The notes beneath the pieces were generated by a model, which was given only the letters and a program-made list of their open reading frames with translations, was not told the DNA's origin and did not search any database. Shown one piece after another: positions 53,606-62,841 of a stretch of 64,000 nucleotides of DNA. Origin of the DNA: Coriobacteriia bacterium (GTDB taxonomy: Bacteria > Actinomycetota > Coriobacteriia > Coriobacteriales > UMGS124). A program made the position numbers and the translations under genes. The stretch covers positions 2,134-66,133 of the forward strand of contig CAWVLT010000047.1 of the NCBI GenBank assembly GCA_963930185.1. The letters run 5' to 3'. Positions within the stretch are counted from its first letter, which is position 1. Every line of letters begins with the position of its first letter.

Positions 53606-54871
53606 CTAATCCTCTTCGATAAAGTAGGAGTTCGTAAGGGGATAGGCCGTTCCGTCGGTCAGGTGGAACGTGATGAAGAAGTGCGCCTCGCCCGCCTCCA
53701 GCGGCGTGTAGGTCACCGTGCCGCTCTCGGTCAGCTCGGTTGTCGAGATCTCGCAGATCTCGGGGTCGGAGGGAGAGATGACGACCTTCTCGACGTTGTC
53801 ATCGAGCAGGAATTCCTCGGTGAACGTCTCGCCGACTGTGACGTGGCCGTCGGGGTCGCTGACCTCCCCCAGTCCATAGCCGTAGGTCTCGATCTGCCAC
53901 ATGCCCTCGGTCATGTCGCTCGACGTGGTCAGATCGCCAAAGACGAAGGTGCCCTTGTCGAAGCATACGCCGTAGGTCTCGCCGGGTGCGAGCGGCTCGC
54001 TGAGCAGCACGGTGAGAAACGTCCCCGACTTGAGGTTGTACGCCCCGATGACCTCCTCGGCCGCCTCGGAGACGAAGACACGCTCGGGATCGGTCACGTC
54101 GATCTCGTCGATCACGAAGCCCTCGGAGTCCGTGACGGTGATGACGCCCTCGCCGGGTTGGACGCCCTCGCGCGCAAAGACGATGCTTAGGTTCGGCCAG
54201 CCGGCCATGTTGGGGCCGATGGGGGTGGGCCAGTAGCTGCCGATCACGTCCTCGGGCAGGGGCTCGTTGGTCGTCATGACGTTGGGCTCGTACCAGTCGC
54301 AGTAATTGGACAGATAGAACGAGAAGTCACCGTCCTCGATCTCGATGGGCCCGCCGTCGGGTGCGGAGAAGTGCACGGTGGCGCAGGGAGTGTTGTGCAG
54401 GATTGTCATCGCGATGCTGTTGAGCACGGTGTAGACGAGGTCCTCGCGGTTTTCGCCCGAGTAGGCGGCGTCAACGCCGCTGACATCGCCCGTAAAGACG
54501 ACGTTGTCCTCCCCCAGGGGCACGATGACCGACTGGGTGTCGTCGTCGAGGACTATGTCGCCTGCCAGCGCGAGGTTCCAGCCGGTCTGCTCCGCAAGCG
54601 CCGCGACGAGGTCGGCGGGGGTCGTCTCGGCCTGGCAGGAAACCTCGACTTCGGCCCCGTCCCGGCCGATGAAGAGGGTCGGCTGCTCCGCGGCCTCGCC
54701 GGACGCGGAGGCCGCGGCGGACGTGTCGGCCGCCGACGACTCGGCCGCGAGGGCTGTCGAGGTTGCGGGCACTGCCGATATCAGCCCTGCCGAAAGCGCG
54801 ATCCCCAGTCCCGCGCAGGCGAGCGTGCGTTCGAGATGTGTGAGCGGCCGGTGTGTGGAGCTGCTACTCAT
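53606..54871 (-). CDS. Hypothetical secreted protein
   Basis: ORF trimmed to ATG 54871 behind AAGGAGG. Signal peptide ...GLISAVPATSTALAAES. Acidic, beta-rich-looking body. No family recognised. Confidence 0.55.
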   Translation of the reverse strand: MSSSSTHRPLTHLERTLACAGLGIALSAGLISAVPATSTALAAESSAADTSAAASASGEAAEQPTLFIGRDGAEVEVSCQAETTPADLVAALAEQTGWNLALAGDIVLDDDTQSVIVPLGEDNVVFTGDVSGVDAAYSGENREDLVYTVLNSIAMTILHNTPCATVHFSAPDGGPIEIEDGDFSFYLSNYCDWYEPNVMTTNEPLPEDVIGSYWPTPIGPNMAGWPNLSIVFAREGVQPGEGVITVTDSEGFVIDEIDVTDPERVFVSEAAEEVIGAYNLKSGTFLTVLLSEPLAPGETYGVCFDKGTFVFGDLTTSSDMTEGMWQIETYGYGLGEVSDPDGHVTVGETFTEEFLLDDNVEKVVISPSDPEICEISTTELTESGTVTYTPLEAGEAHFFITFHLTDGTAYPLTNSYFIEED

Positions 54872-55208
54872 GGTCGTCCTCCTTAAACGGATGGTGTCTC
54901 CTTCGCCTTGATGGCAGAGGGCCAATGTGGCGCGGACGTGCTATGCAGCCCAATCATACCAACCGGTGCGGCGTCGTATGCTTTCGGGAGCGAACGACGT
55001 CCACGTGGCGCGAACGGTCGTTTTAGATGTATGCTTATCCCCATGTGATGGCGCTGACGCCCTGGCGGGAGGGCCCCGGGCATCGTGCTGAGAGGCGTAT
55101 CTGCATGGGGTCTCGCGGATTGCGAGGCCTGCCGGCGGGGAATGGCCTTCGGTGGCATGGGTGTGTCGATGGTCCTGCGGTGTGGAAGACGGGAGGTGAA
55201 GCGTCTCC

Positions 55209-55487
55209 ATGATAGGCGGCGTGCGTGGCGAGGTGGGACGTCCCCTGACGTTCGAGGGCTATGCGAACGACTACGACAAGCGCATCCGGGCGGTGCAGTT
55301 CTCGCTCGATGACGGGGAGACGTGGACGTCCTACGACACCCCCGACACGGTCGCGGACAAGAACCTCTACTGGAAGTTTGAGTACACGCCCCAGGAGCCG
55401 GGTATGTATCAGCTGCTCATTCGTTCGGTCAACGAGGACGGGGTGGCGAGCCCCATTCCCGCGCGCGTTGACTTCTGGGTGGAGTAA
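55209..55487 (+). CDS. Stand-alone Ig-like domain resembling the C-terminal domain of molybdopterin (sulfite-oxidase-type) oxidoreductases; possibly a gene remnant
   Basis: IRAVQFSLDDGETWTSYD...WKFEYTPQEPGMYQLLIRSVNEDG fits the pattern V.VS.DGG.TW......W...W.P...G.Y.L..RA.D..G. No catalytic domain lies upstream. Confidence 0.4.
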   Translation: MIGGVRGEVGRPLTFEGYANDYDKRIRAVQFSLDDGETWTSYDTPDTVADKNLYWKFEYTPQEPGMYQLLIRSVNEDGVASPIPARVDFWVE

Positions 55488-55503
55488 GGCCGGTGAGGGG
55501 CGA

Positions 55504-56163
55504 TTGAAGGACATCTATCTCGTCAGCACGGTGCGCATCAGCATTCCCGAGAACGCCTCCGAGCGTCTCGAGCAGGTGCTCGCATTCATGTCGCAGCACT
55601 GCGCGGACGCCACGCTCTCGAGCGTTGCCGCCCACTTCAGCTTCCACCCCAACACGGTGTCGGGCCTGATCAAGCGTGAGACGGGCAAGTCGTTCGGTGA
55701 GATTCTGCGCGAGATCCGCATGCAGCGGGCCATCAGCCTGCTCGATGCGCGCGTGATTCCCGTGGCGCAGGTCGCCCGCCTGTGCGGCTACGAGAACCCG
55801 AGCAACTTCTACCGGGTGTTCAAGGAGACGTTTGGACTCACGCCGCGCGCGTACGTGCAGCAACATGGCGGGGAGGTCCTGGACGACGATGAGTTTGGCG
55901 AGGTGTTCGTCGAGCCTGTGGGCGAAGAGGGCGTGGCGTGCAGGCCGCGCGCGGGTGCCGGGGGCGACCCTGCGCCCGACGGCCCGGTTGCGGGCGTGCC
56001 GGTCGCAGGGGAGGATGTGCCGCGTGCCACCGCGTCGCGTGCCGATGCGCCACATGATGGGTCTTCGGGCGCCGCGTTGCCTCGGCGCAAGGTCAGGGCC
56101 GGACGGGACAGTGGAATGAACGCCTCTGTCGGAGGGGCTTCCAAGGGGGAGGTGCGCGCGTGA
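55504..56163 (+). CDS. AraC-family HTH domain protein lacking the usual N-terminal sensor domain, with disordered tail
   Basis: Frame of ORF 55261..56163; the first plausible start is TTG 55504. LSSVAAHFSFHPNTVSGLIKRETGKSFGEILREIRMQRAISLL...VAQVARLCGYENPSNFYRVFKETFGLTPRAY. Confidence 0.5.
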   Translation: MKDIYLVSTVRISIPENASERLEQVLAFMSQHCADATLSSVAAHFSFHPNTVSGLIKRETGKSFGEILREIRMQRAISLLDARVIPVAQVARLCGYENPSNFYRVFKETFGLTPRAYVQQHGGEVLDDDEFGEVFVEPVGEEGVACRPRAGAGGDPAPDGPVAGVPVAGEDVPRATASRADAPHDGSSGAALPRRKVRAGRDSGMNASVGGASKGEVRA

Positions 56164-57047
56164 GGTCCATGGGCTCCGGTGCGGGCATTGACATCTGCGG
56201 GGTCGACTGGGAACGGGCGTGGCATGCGTATCAGGATGCGCGCACGGCTCCCAACGACGCCTCCCACTGGGACAGGCGCTCCGTCACCTATGGCAAGCAT
56301 GCGGGCCGCGCCGCCGCAGACGAGCGGCACGACGTGGGGGAGTACGAGCGTGCGTTCATTGAGCGCTCGGGCATCGAGCCGGGGGAGAGCGTGCTCGACA
56401 TGGGCTGTGGCGTGGGCATTCTCGCCGTGCCGCTTGCCAAGATGGGCTGCCATGTGGTGTGCGCCGACTTCTCCGAGGGCATGCTGGGCCGCCTGCGCGA
56501 GCGCGCCGAGGCGGCCGGCGTGCTCGACAGGATCGAGATCCGCAAGCTTGCCTGGGACGACGACTGGCGCGGGGCCGGCGTGGGGCCCGACTCGGTCGAC
56601 GTGGCCATCGCCTCGCGCTCGCTTGCGACGTACAACCTCACCGACGCCTTGGTGAAGCTCGACACGACCGCGCGCCGGCGCGTCTGCGCGACGATCGCGG
56701 CCGGGCGCTCTCCCATGAAGGACGAGCGGGCCTTCGAGGCGGTGGGGCGTCCCCGCACGCCGGTGGCCGACGCGGCGTACGTGATCAACATCCTGCTCGC
56801 GCACGGGGTGTTCCCCGACGTGTCCTATATCGTGACGCATGGCCTGCCGGGGTTTGCCAGCCATGATGACGCGTTCGAGAAGCTTTCTGCCATGCTGGGG
56901 GGCGACCTGACGGCTGACGAGAAGGGGCGCCTCCATGCCTTTCTCGACGAGCACTACCGGGTGAATCCGGAGGCCGACCCCAGCCGCGCCTTTGAGTCCG
57001 ACAGGCGCCGCGAGGTGCGCTGGGCTTTCATCGCGTGGGGCGAGTAA
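56160..57047 (+). CDS. Class I SAM-dependent methyltransferase
   Basis: SAM motif I VLDMGCGVGILAVPLAKMGCHVVCADFSEGML. The start is uncertain (GTG 56160 / ATG 56169). Confidence 0.75.
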   Translation: MRSMGSGAGIDICGVDWERAWHAYQDARTAPNDASHWDRRSVTYGKHAGRAAADERHDVGEYERAFIERSGIEPGESVLDMGCGVGILAVPLAKMGCHVVCADFSEGMLGRLRERAEAAGVLDRIEIRKLAWDDDWRGAGVGPDSVDVAIASRSLATYNLTDALVKLDTTARRRVCATIAAGRSPMKDERAFEAVGRPRTPVADAAYVINILLAHGVFPDVSYIVTHGLPGFASHDDAFEKLSAMLGGDLTADEKGRLHAFLDEHYRVNPEADPSRAFESDRRREVRWAFIAWGE

Positions 57048-57131
57048 ACGAGAGACGGGGGACGGGCGGGATCCTTCGGGCGCGAGTGGGGTGCGAGGTG
57101 GCGCACGACCCTTTATTCGCTTCCATGTCCC

Positions 57132-58208
57132 CTACATCCGCCCGAGCACCTCGGCCTTCTTGGCGTCGTAGTCAGCGGGCTCGATGAGACCCAGGTCGAG
57201 CATCTTCTTGAGCTGGGAGAGCGTTGCCACGGGGTCGTCGGCCGTGTTGTCTGCGGAATCACCTGCCATCGCCTGTCGCGTCATAGCCGCGAACGGCTCT
57301 GCCGCCGCCATGCCGAGCGCGATTCCTGCCAGGTCGGCTGCCCCGCCGCCCGCACCAGGGTTGGATGCCATCGCCTTCATGATGTCGGCCGAGGTGACGC
57401 GCTCCCAGTCGTCGCCTAGGATTCCGAGTACGGCCTTGTCACCCTGTGCACCGCGGATCTTCTCGATGTTGTCCATGCCGATCTGGTCGTAGCGGCGGCG
57501 TTGCTCGTCATCGGCGATGTTGAGCGCCGCGATGCTGAAGGCAACCAAGCCCAGGCCATACTCCTTGAGCGCCTCGGCGATGGAGGGGGCGACCTGGTCG
57601 GAGAACTCTTCCAGACGCGCCTCTATGCCGATCAGCTCGGCGTCAAGTGCGTTTAGACGTGCGGTGAGCAGTGACTTCACGGTGCTCTGGAACTGCATGG
57701 CAAACGTGCGCGTCATGTCGTCGGGCCTCACTGCGGTGACATTGTTGCCCACGCACGACTGCAGGAACTTTGCCGGGTCGGTCACGCGCACGCGGTACGA
57801 GCCGTGCGCCCGCACCTCGGTGGCGATGCCGAGCAGCTTGTCGCGCACCTGCAGCGGAGTGTCGGTGCCCCAGCGAATTTCCACCGTGGTGGTGGTGCGC
57901 ACGAAACAGACCACGCAGTTGAAGGTGCTCACACCGCCGGACATCATGTTGTGTAACCGGCTGACGAAGGGGTAGTTCTGCGTCGAGAGCTTGTAGGTGC
58001 CGCTGTCGAAGACCCCCTCGACAATGCCGCCGTTGATGAAGACCGCCTGCTCGCCGGGCATCACGACCAGCGTGGAATTCGTGTTGAAGTCCTCCTCGGG
58101 CTGGCGCCACACGAGCAGATCACCTGTCCCCGAGTTCTTGATGACGTCGGTGAGGTGCTTGCGTCCACCCACGAACGCGGATTCGTTGGCGTTTCTGAAG
58201 ATACCCAT
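57132..58208 (-). CDS. SPFH/Band-7-like protein with C-terminal SHOCT domain (YdjI-like)
   Basis: MGIFRN...LLVWRQPEEDFNTNSTLVVMPGEQAVFINGG... resembles B. subtilis YdjI-type proteins. C-terminal LSQLKKMLDLGLIEPADYDAKKAEVL is SHOCT-like. Confidence 0.7.
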   Translation of the reverse strand: MGIFRNANESAFVGGRKHLTDVIKNSGTGDLLVWRQPEEDFNTNSTLVVMPGEQAVFINGGIVEGVFDSGTYKLSTQNYPFVSRLHNMMSGGVSTFNCVVCFVRTTTTVEIRWGTDTPLQVRDKLLGIATEVRAHGSYRVRVTDPAKFLQSCVGNNVTAVRPDDMTRTFAMQFQSTVKSLLTARLNALDAELIGIEARLEEFSDQVAPSIAEALKEYGLGLVAFSIAALNIADDEQRRRYDQIGMDNIEKIRGAQGDKAVLGILGDDWERVTSADIMKAMASNPGAGGGAADLAGIALGMAAAEPFAAMTRQAMAGDSADNTADDPVATLSQLKKMLDLGLIEPADYDAKKAEVLGRM

Positions 58209-58302
58209 GGTCGGCCTTTCTCGTGTGCGCGCGGGGACGTGGTTTGGGCGCGGTTTTAGGGTCTGCCGAGTTCAAGTCAGGAGAGTCGGCAACTGCGGCT
58301 CG

Positions 58303-59301
58303 CTAGATCTTGGTCTTCCACCAAAAGAGGGGCATATTCTCATAGAAGAGAATATCGCTTATATCGCGCTGCTGCTCGAAACTTATCGTGCGCTTGTCCT
58401 GCCACTTCTCTTCATGTTCCGCCCAGCGCCGCTTCGCGATCAGATCGCGCTCCACTGTGGAGAGCTCGGCCTTATTCGACGAGAGCTTTGCGCGGATTTT
58501 GCCGATTTTGGCCTGCTCGACAAGCAGCATCAGCACGCTCAGTGCGAGGGCGGCACCCGTGATGAGGGTAAAGATGCCTGGGGTCGCGCCATTGATGACG
58601 CTGAAAATGATCGAGCAGACGAACAGCACGCCGGCAACGACGATGAAAAAGATGCTCCGGGAGCGCTCGATCCCAACGGCTGTCGACTCTTGGAGCTCAA
58701 GGTTCTTTTGTTCCTTTTTGATCTTTTCATATCGGACGATGAGTTCTCTGCTCGACAGCCTGCTAATGCGTTGCCAGTCGTCACCGATGACCTCGTGCAG
58801 CTCATCATGCCTGACTTTGGCGAGCTCTTTCTTAAACGTGTCAAGCGTCTTCTGCAGGCGCGGCCTCTCGTCGGTCGGGGCAAGCTGGATGGCGTGCTCG
58901 GCGCACTCCTCCACTTCGCCGAGGTCGGGCTGGTGCAGGTTCATGGCGTTTTTGAATTCGTTGGACTTCGCTCGCGCCATGCCCCACCATGCCCGCCACT
59001 CGTCGGCCCGGTCGTGGGCGAGGGCCTTGAAGGAACGGTATGCCTCGTCCTTGAGGTCCAGTGTGCTCAGCTGGGCCTCGGCGCTCTTAAGGCGAGACTC
59101 CACCGAGCGCGAGTCATCGACATGCAAGTGCTCCACGTGCTCGACCTTGCCGATGGTGGTGTTGTTGGTGACGTTGTAGTTGTTGATGGCCTTCTCCACC
59201 ACGAACGGCGTGTTGCAAAATGGGCAGACCGCCGCGTCTTGGGAGGGGTCGATGGTAAGTGTCGCACCGCACTGGGTGCACTTTGCGGGGACGAGGGGCA
59301 T
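58303..59301 (-). CDS. Zinc-ribbon protein with coiled coil and two TM helices (YdjG/YdjH-like)
   Basis: ORF trimmed to ATG 59301 behind GAAAGGAAG. CTQCGATL...CPFCNTPF. TM pair IFFIVVAGVLFVCSIIFSVI / IFTLITGAALALSVLMLLV. AT-richer by eye. Confidence 0.6.
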   Translation of the reverse strand: MPLVPAKCTQCGATLTIDPSQDAAVCPFCNTPFVVEKAINNYNVTNNTTIGKVEHVEHLHVDDSRSVESRLKSAEAQLSTLDLKDEAYRSFKALAHDRADEWRAWWGMARAKSNEFKNAMNLHQPDLGEVEECAEHAIQLAPTDERPRLQKTLDTFKKELAKVRHDELHEVIGDDWQRISRLSSRELIVRYEKIKKEQKNLELQESTAVGIERSRSIFFIVVAGVLFVCSIIFSVINGATPGIFTLITGAALALSVLMLLVEQAKIGKIRAKLSSNKAELSTVERDLIAKRRWAEHEEKWQDKRTISFEQQRDISDILFYENMPLFWWKTKI

Positions 59302-59510
59302 GGCGGGCTTCCTTTCTGGGCAGTATGAGCAGCCGGGCGGGCGTCCGATGCTTTCAGGCGACAGTATAGCGCTGCGGGCCAATATCACGTTTGTGCAAGC
59401 GATGCGTTGCGCGGAGGCAGGGACGGCGGGGTGGTGAGTACGCCGGCCTGGATGGTGACTGCGTTCATTTCGGCGGCTTCGGGTTACTCCAAATTGCAGA
59501 ACTTTTCGCG

Positions 59511-59552
59511 CACAAAAATGACCGCCTAGCCCGACTGTCGGGTTAGGCGGTC
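59511..59552 (-). terminator. Bidirectional-looking hairpin terminator overlapping the stop of the flavodoxin-like gene
   Basis: GACCGCCTAGCCCG actgt CGGGTTAGGCGGTC. On the plus strand it is flanked by AAAAATG upstream and by CATTTTTT three nt downstream, giving a T-run after the stem on both strands. Confidence 0.6.
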
Positions 59553-60210
59553 GTCCATTTTTTGAGATAGTTGGGGTTGGTGCCAGTGCAGGTCAGCATG
59601 ACGGCGGTGCGCTTGGCGGGGCCCCACACGTAGTCGGGGTTCTTCCATGCCATGGCCCACAGACGGGTGAGCATGAGCATCATGCGAGAGTCGATGTTGT
59701 TGTAGTAGGTCGGGGCGATGCCGATGACGACGTTGGCGCGGTGCAGTGCCTCCAGGATCGGCACCATACCATCTTTCTGACCGTCAACCTGGTCAACGGG
59801 CAGGGTGCCGTTCAGCGTCATGAGCGGGGTGATCGAGTAGTCGCGCAGGTGAATGACTTCGATGTCGGCGGCATACCGATCTCGTCAACGACGGTCTGGG
59901 CGATGTGGTCGCCGTTGCCGCCGATCGCCGCGGAGGAGGTGATGACCAGCACGTGGTCACGCTCGGACTGCGTCTCGAACTCGGCGATGTAGCTCCAGCT
60001 ATAGTTGAAACAGCTGTCAACAAGCTCGCCGAATGGGGTGTCGAGCACCTCCTGATCGACCTCGGTGTCGCCCCAGCCGGCGTTGAAGCCGGGCTCACCG
60101 ACGCGCTCGCTGGCGGCAAGGGCGGGCTTGGCCGCTATGCCGGCCGCAGCCAGGCCAGCGACTGCAAGGGCGCTGCCGGCAATCATGTTCCTGCGAGTGA
60201 GCTCTGCCAT
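59543..60210 (-). pseudogene. Tat-signal flavodoxin-like / NAD(P)H-dependent FMN reductase-like gene split by a frameshift
   Basis: ORFs 59818..60363 and 59543..59821 read as one protein if 1 nt is added or removed near 59876..59893: ...HVLVITSSAAIGGNGDHIAQTVVDEI | AADIEVIHLRDYSITPLMTLNG...IGIAPTYYNN. N-terminus MAELTRRNMIAGSALAVAGLAAAG. Confidence 0.6.
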
Positions 60211-60504
60211 GATGAATCCCCTTTCTATGTGTCCGGCTTCCTTTCCGGGCACGATCGACTTGTCGGAGCGACCGGAGCCGCTCTTTGCGGCAAGCGCATC
60301 ATCGGGCCGAGGATGCGCATTCCTATTTTCGTCACTGCCTTCCGGTGAAAAGGCGGGAGACATGAGACTCTAGCAAGGTTGTTGCATGGGGCGATGCGGG
60401 ATTGGCGTAGGATCCGATTGACCGGTAATCCTGCCTCTGGTGCGCTTGCTTGCGCGTTACTATTGTGCGTGAAGAGTACGGACGCGATAAATAAGGAGCC
60501 ACCA

Positions 60505-60966
60505 ATGGATCAGCAGCCAGTCGTCGGCATCATCATGGGCTCGCAGAGCGACATGCCCACCATGGAGGGATGCACCAAGGAGCTCGAGGAACTGGGCGTT
60601 CCCTACGAGCTGGTCATCGCCAGCGCACACCGCAAGCCCAATGTGGTGCATGAGTGGGCCGAGACCGCGGCCGATCGCGGCATCAAGGTCATCATCGCTG
60701 CCGCCGGCAAGGCCGCGCACCTCGGTGGTGTGGTGGCCGCCTTCACCCCGCTGCCCGTGATCGCCGTCCCCATGAAGACCAGCGACCTGGGCGGTCTGGA
60801 CTCGCTGCTCTCCATGGTGCAGATGCCCAGCGGCGTGCCGGTGGCCACCGTGGCGATCAACGGTGCCAAGAACGCCGCCATCCTGGCCTGCCAGATCCTG
60901 GGAACGAGCCTGCCTGAGTACCGCGAGAAGATCGTGGAGCTCAAGCGCCAGATGGCCGAGGCGTAG
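60505..60966 (+). CDS. purE: 5-(carboxyamino)imidazole ribonucleotide mutase
   Basis: ORF trimmed to ATG 60505 behind [21 protein letters not shown]..., [26 protein letters not shown]. Confidence 0.95.
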   Translation: MDQQPVVGIIMGSQSDMPTMEGCTKELEELGVPYELVIASAHRKPNVVHEWAETAADRGIKVIIAAAGKAAHLGGVVAAFTPLPVIAVPMKTSDLGGLDSLLSMVQMPSGVPVATVAINGAKNAAILACQILGTSLPEYREKIVELKRQMAEA

Positions 60967-61109
60967 GCGGCACTGGGAGAGGAGGGCGGCCTTCGGGCTG
61001 CCTGAATCCTGCGGATTGTCAAGGGCGGACGATGCGGCCGGCGGTGCAGGGTGGTTCGAATGGCCCCTGCGGCGCCGGCTCAGGTATGGGTGCCGTTCTT
61101 AGGCGCAAT

Positions 61110-61334
61110 GTGTTTATGACACAATGCACGTTCTGGGGTTTCCAGATATCGGTAAATATCTCTCTTAGCAAGCAGGCTTTGGGGATAGCCGGCGTGCAAA
61201 CGACGTGCTTTCCATGGTCGAGCGTGACTCCCGGGTCGAAGGCGCAGGTCGATCTTGTCATCGAGCGCAAGGACGGCATCGCTGATCTCTGAGAGATGAA
61301 GCGTTGTTTCGCGCGGCGTTTTGTAACGGAGTGA
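61110..61334 (+). pseudogene. C-terminal fragment of an orphan ATP-binding/PD-(D/E)XK-type protein with in-frame TGA
   Basis: LSKQALGIAGVQTT...SKAQVDLVIERKDGIADL*EMKRCF matches the tail pattern ALGI.GV...W....QIDL.I.R.D...LCEMKF that I recall from a gut-anaerobe ATPase family. No ATPase domain lies upstream. Confidence 0.4.
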
Positions 61335-61452
61335 TTCTAGGAATCCCCCAGCATGATAGAACGTGTCGACGTCGAGGAACAGCCAGCTTACTGGTCAGCC
61401 TGATAGAATAGCGGCGTATGTTCTAGATAGCGGGCAACGTTCGGGGGTTTGC

Positions 61453-62256
61453 ATGATGACGCCGGGTGATGACAGCGCTGGGGCTCTCTTAGGCCCATCT
61501 GTTCTCGATGCGCTCTACCGGCGCTTTGGCCTTCGGCTTGCCTGCAGAAGCGCGCATGGCACCCCGATCTGGCGCTCGCGCGTTCTCGCGGATGCGTCTG
61601 CCGACGACCTGCACATGCTCGCGGAGCTCGATCTTGCCGACGTGTGGGATCTGCGCACCGATGATGAGCGCCTGCGCGCCCCGGTTTCGCCGTCACCCGG
61701 CACATGCGTCCATGTGATGCCGGGCCGTCTGTATCCCCCCAACCCCGACAGCGTGCACGGCGCGGACGTGCCTGACATCCCTGGCACTCCCGGACGGGCC
61801 GGGGATGTTCTTGCTGAGCAGATTGGGCGGGGTGACGTCGGGCGCGGCCTTCCTGGCGAGCGCATGAGTGTGATCTACCGTAACCTTGGTGAGAACGCGA
61901 GCATGCTCGTGCCGGTCATCCGTTCGCTGCTTGTTGCCACGCGCCCCACGCTCGTGTGCTGCACGTCGGGCAAAGACCGCACCGGCGTGGTGTGCTTTTG
62001 CGCGCAGCGTGCGCTGGGCGTCTCCCATGAGGATGCGCTTGCCGGCTACCTTGCCACGAACGTCGCAAACGCCGAGGTGAACGCCGCCGATCTTCGCGCC
62101 CTGGCGAGGCGGGGCATATCCCCGCAACGCCTTGAGGTGGCGCGCTCGCTGTTTTGCGCTCGGGAGGAGTATCTCGACGCGTTCCTGGGGGCCGTCGTGC
62201 AGGCTTGGGGGTCGTTCGAGGCGTATCTCAATGAATGCCGACGTGGACTGATCTAA
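61453..62256 (+). CDS. Protein-tyrosine phosphatase (Y_phosphatase3-like)
   Basis: ORF 61363..62256; the start is uncertain (61363 or ATG 61453). CX5R active site VCCTSGKDRTGVV. Confidence 0.7.
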   Translation: MMTPGDDSAGALLGPSVLDALYRRFGLRLACRSAHGTPIWRSRVLADASADDLHMLAELDLADVWDLRTDDERLRAPVSPSPGTCVHVMPGRLYPPNPDSVHGADVPDIPGTPGRAGDVLAEQIGRGDVGRGLPGERMSVIYRNLGENASMLVPVIRSLLVATRPTLVCCTSGKDRTGVVCFCAQRALGVSHEDALAGYLATNVANAEVNAADLRALARRGISPQRLEVARSLFCAREEYLDAFLGAVVQAWGSFEAYLNECRRGLI

Positions 62257-62291
62257 AAGGTCCGACTAGGAAGCGATGCCGCCGTCGGCAT

Positions 62292-62684
62292 CTAGATGTC
62301 GCTCTTTCGTGCGTCCGTGACGTACATGCCCACGCGCACCTGATTGTAGGGGGCGGCCGAAGGGTCGACCTGCTGAACGCGCAGCTCGAAGACGTCGGCA
62401 TGTCCGTAGAACGCCAGAAGGGCCGGAAGCTCGTTGTCGGTGCGTGGAACAAAGCCGAGCTTGACGGAGCCGCGATAGATCGCGAGGGCGTTGGGGTCGT
62501 GCGGGTTATCGGGCTCGGGAACAAGGGTTAGCCTCTCGCCGGGCTTGAGCTCGGTGAGCACCATGGCCCCATCCCAATGCTTGAAACCTGCGACGTAGAA
62601 CGAAGTGATGAGACGCGACGGCTCGTACACGAGATCCCCTTTCTGCCGGCGGCGCCTTCGGTGGCTCGCGTTCGCGGCGCTCAT
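62292..62684 (-). CDS. Stand-alone HIRAN-domain protein
   Basis: ORF trimmed to ATG 62684. FYVAGFKHWDG...LKPGERLTLVPEPDNPHDPNALAIY...LGFVPR fits the HIRAN pattern. Confidence 0.7.
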   Translation of the reverse strand: MSAANASHRRRRRQKGDLVYEPSRLITSFYVAGFKHWDGAMVLTELKPGERLTLVPEPDNPHDPNALAIYRGSVKLGFVPRTDNELPALLAFYGHADVFELRVQQVDPSAAPYNQVRVGMYVTDARKSDI

Positions 62685-62841
62685 GTCTGAGCACCTAGGC
62701 GCGGCCGCAACCGAAGGGCTTGGTTGACGTTGCCAACAAGATAGCAAGGGGGCCGGACAGAAACGGGGCGATTACGGCAAGACGATTTGGCGGGATGTCG
62801 CAATGCCCTTTGGATTGCGCTGGGCCATCGAGATGGAATGG

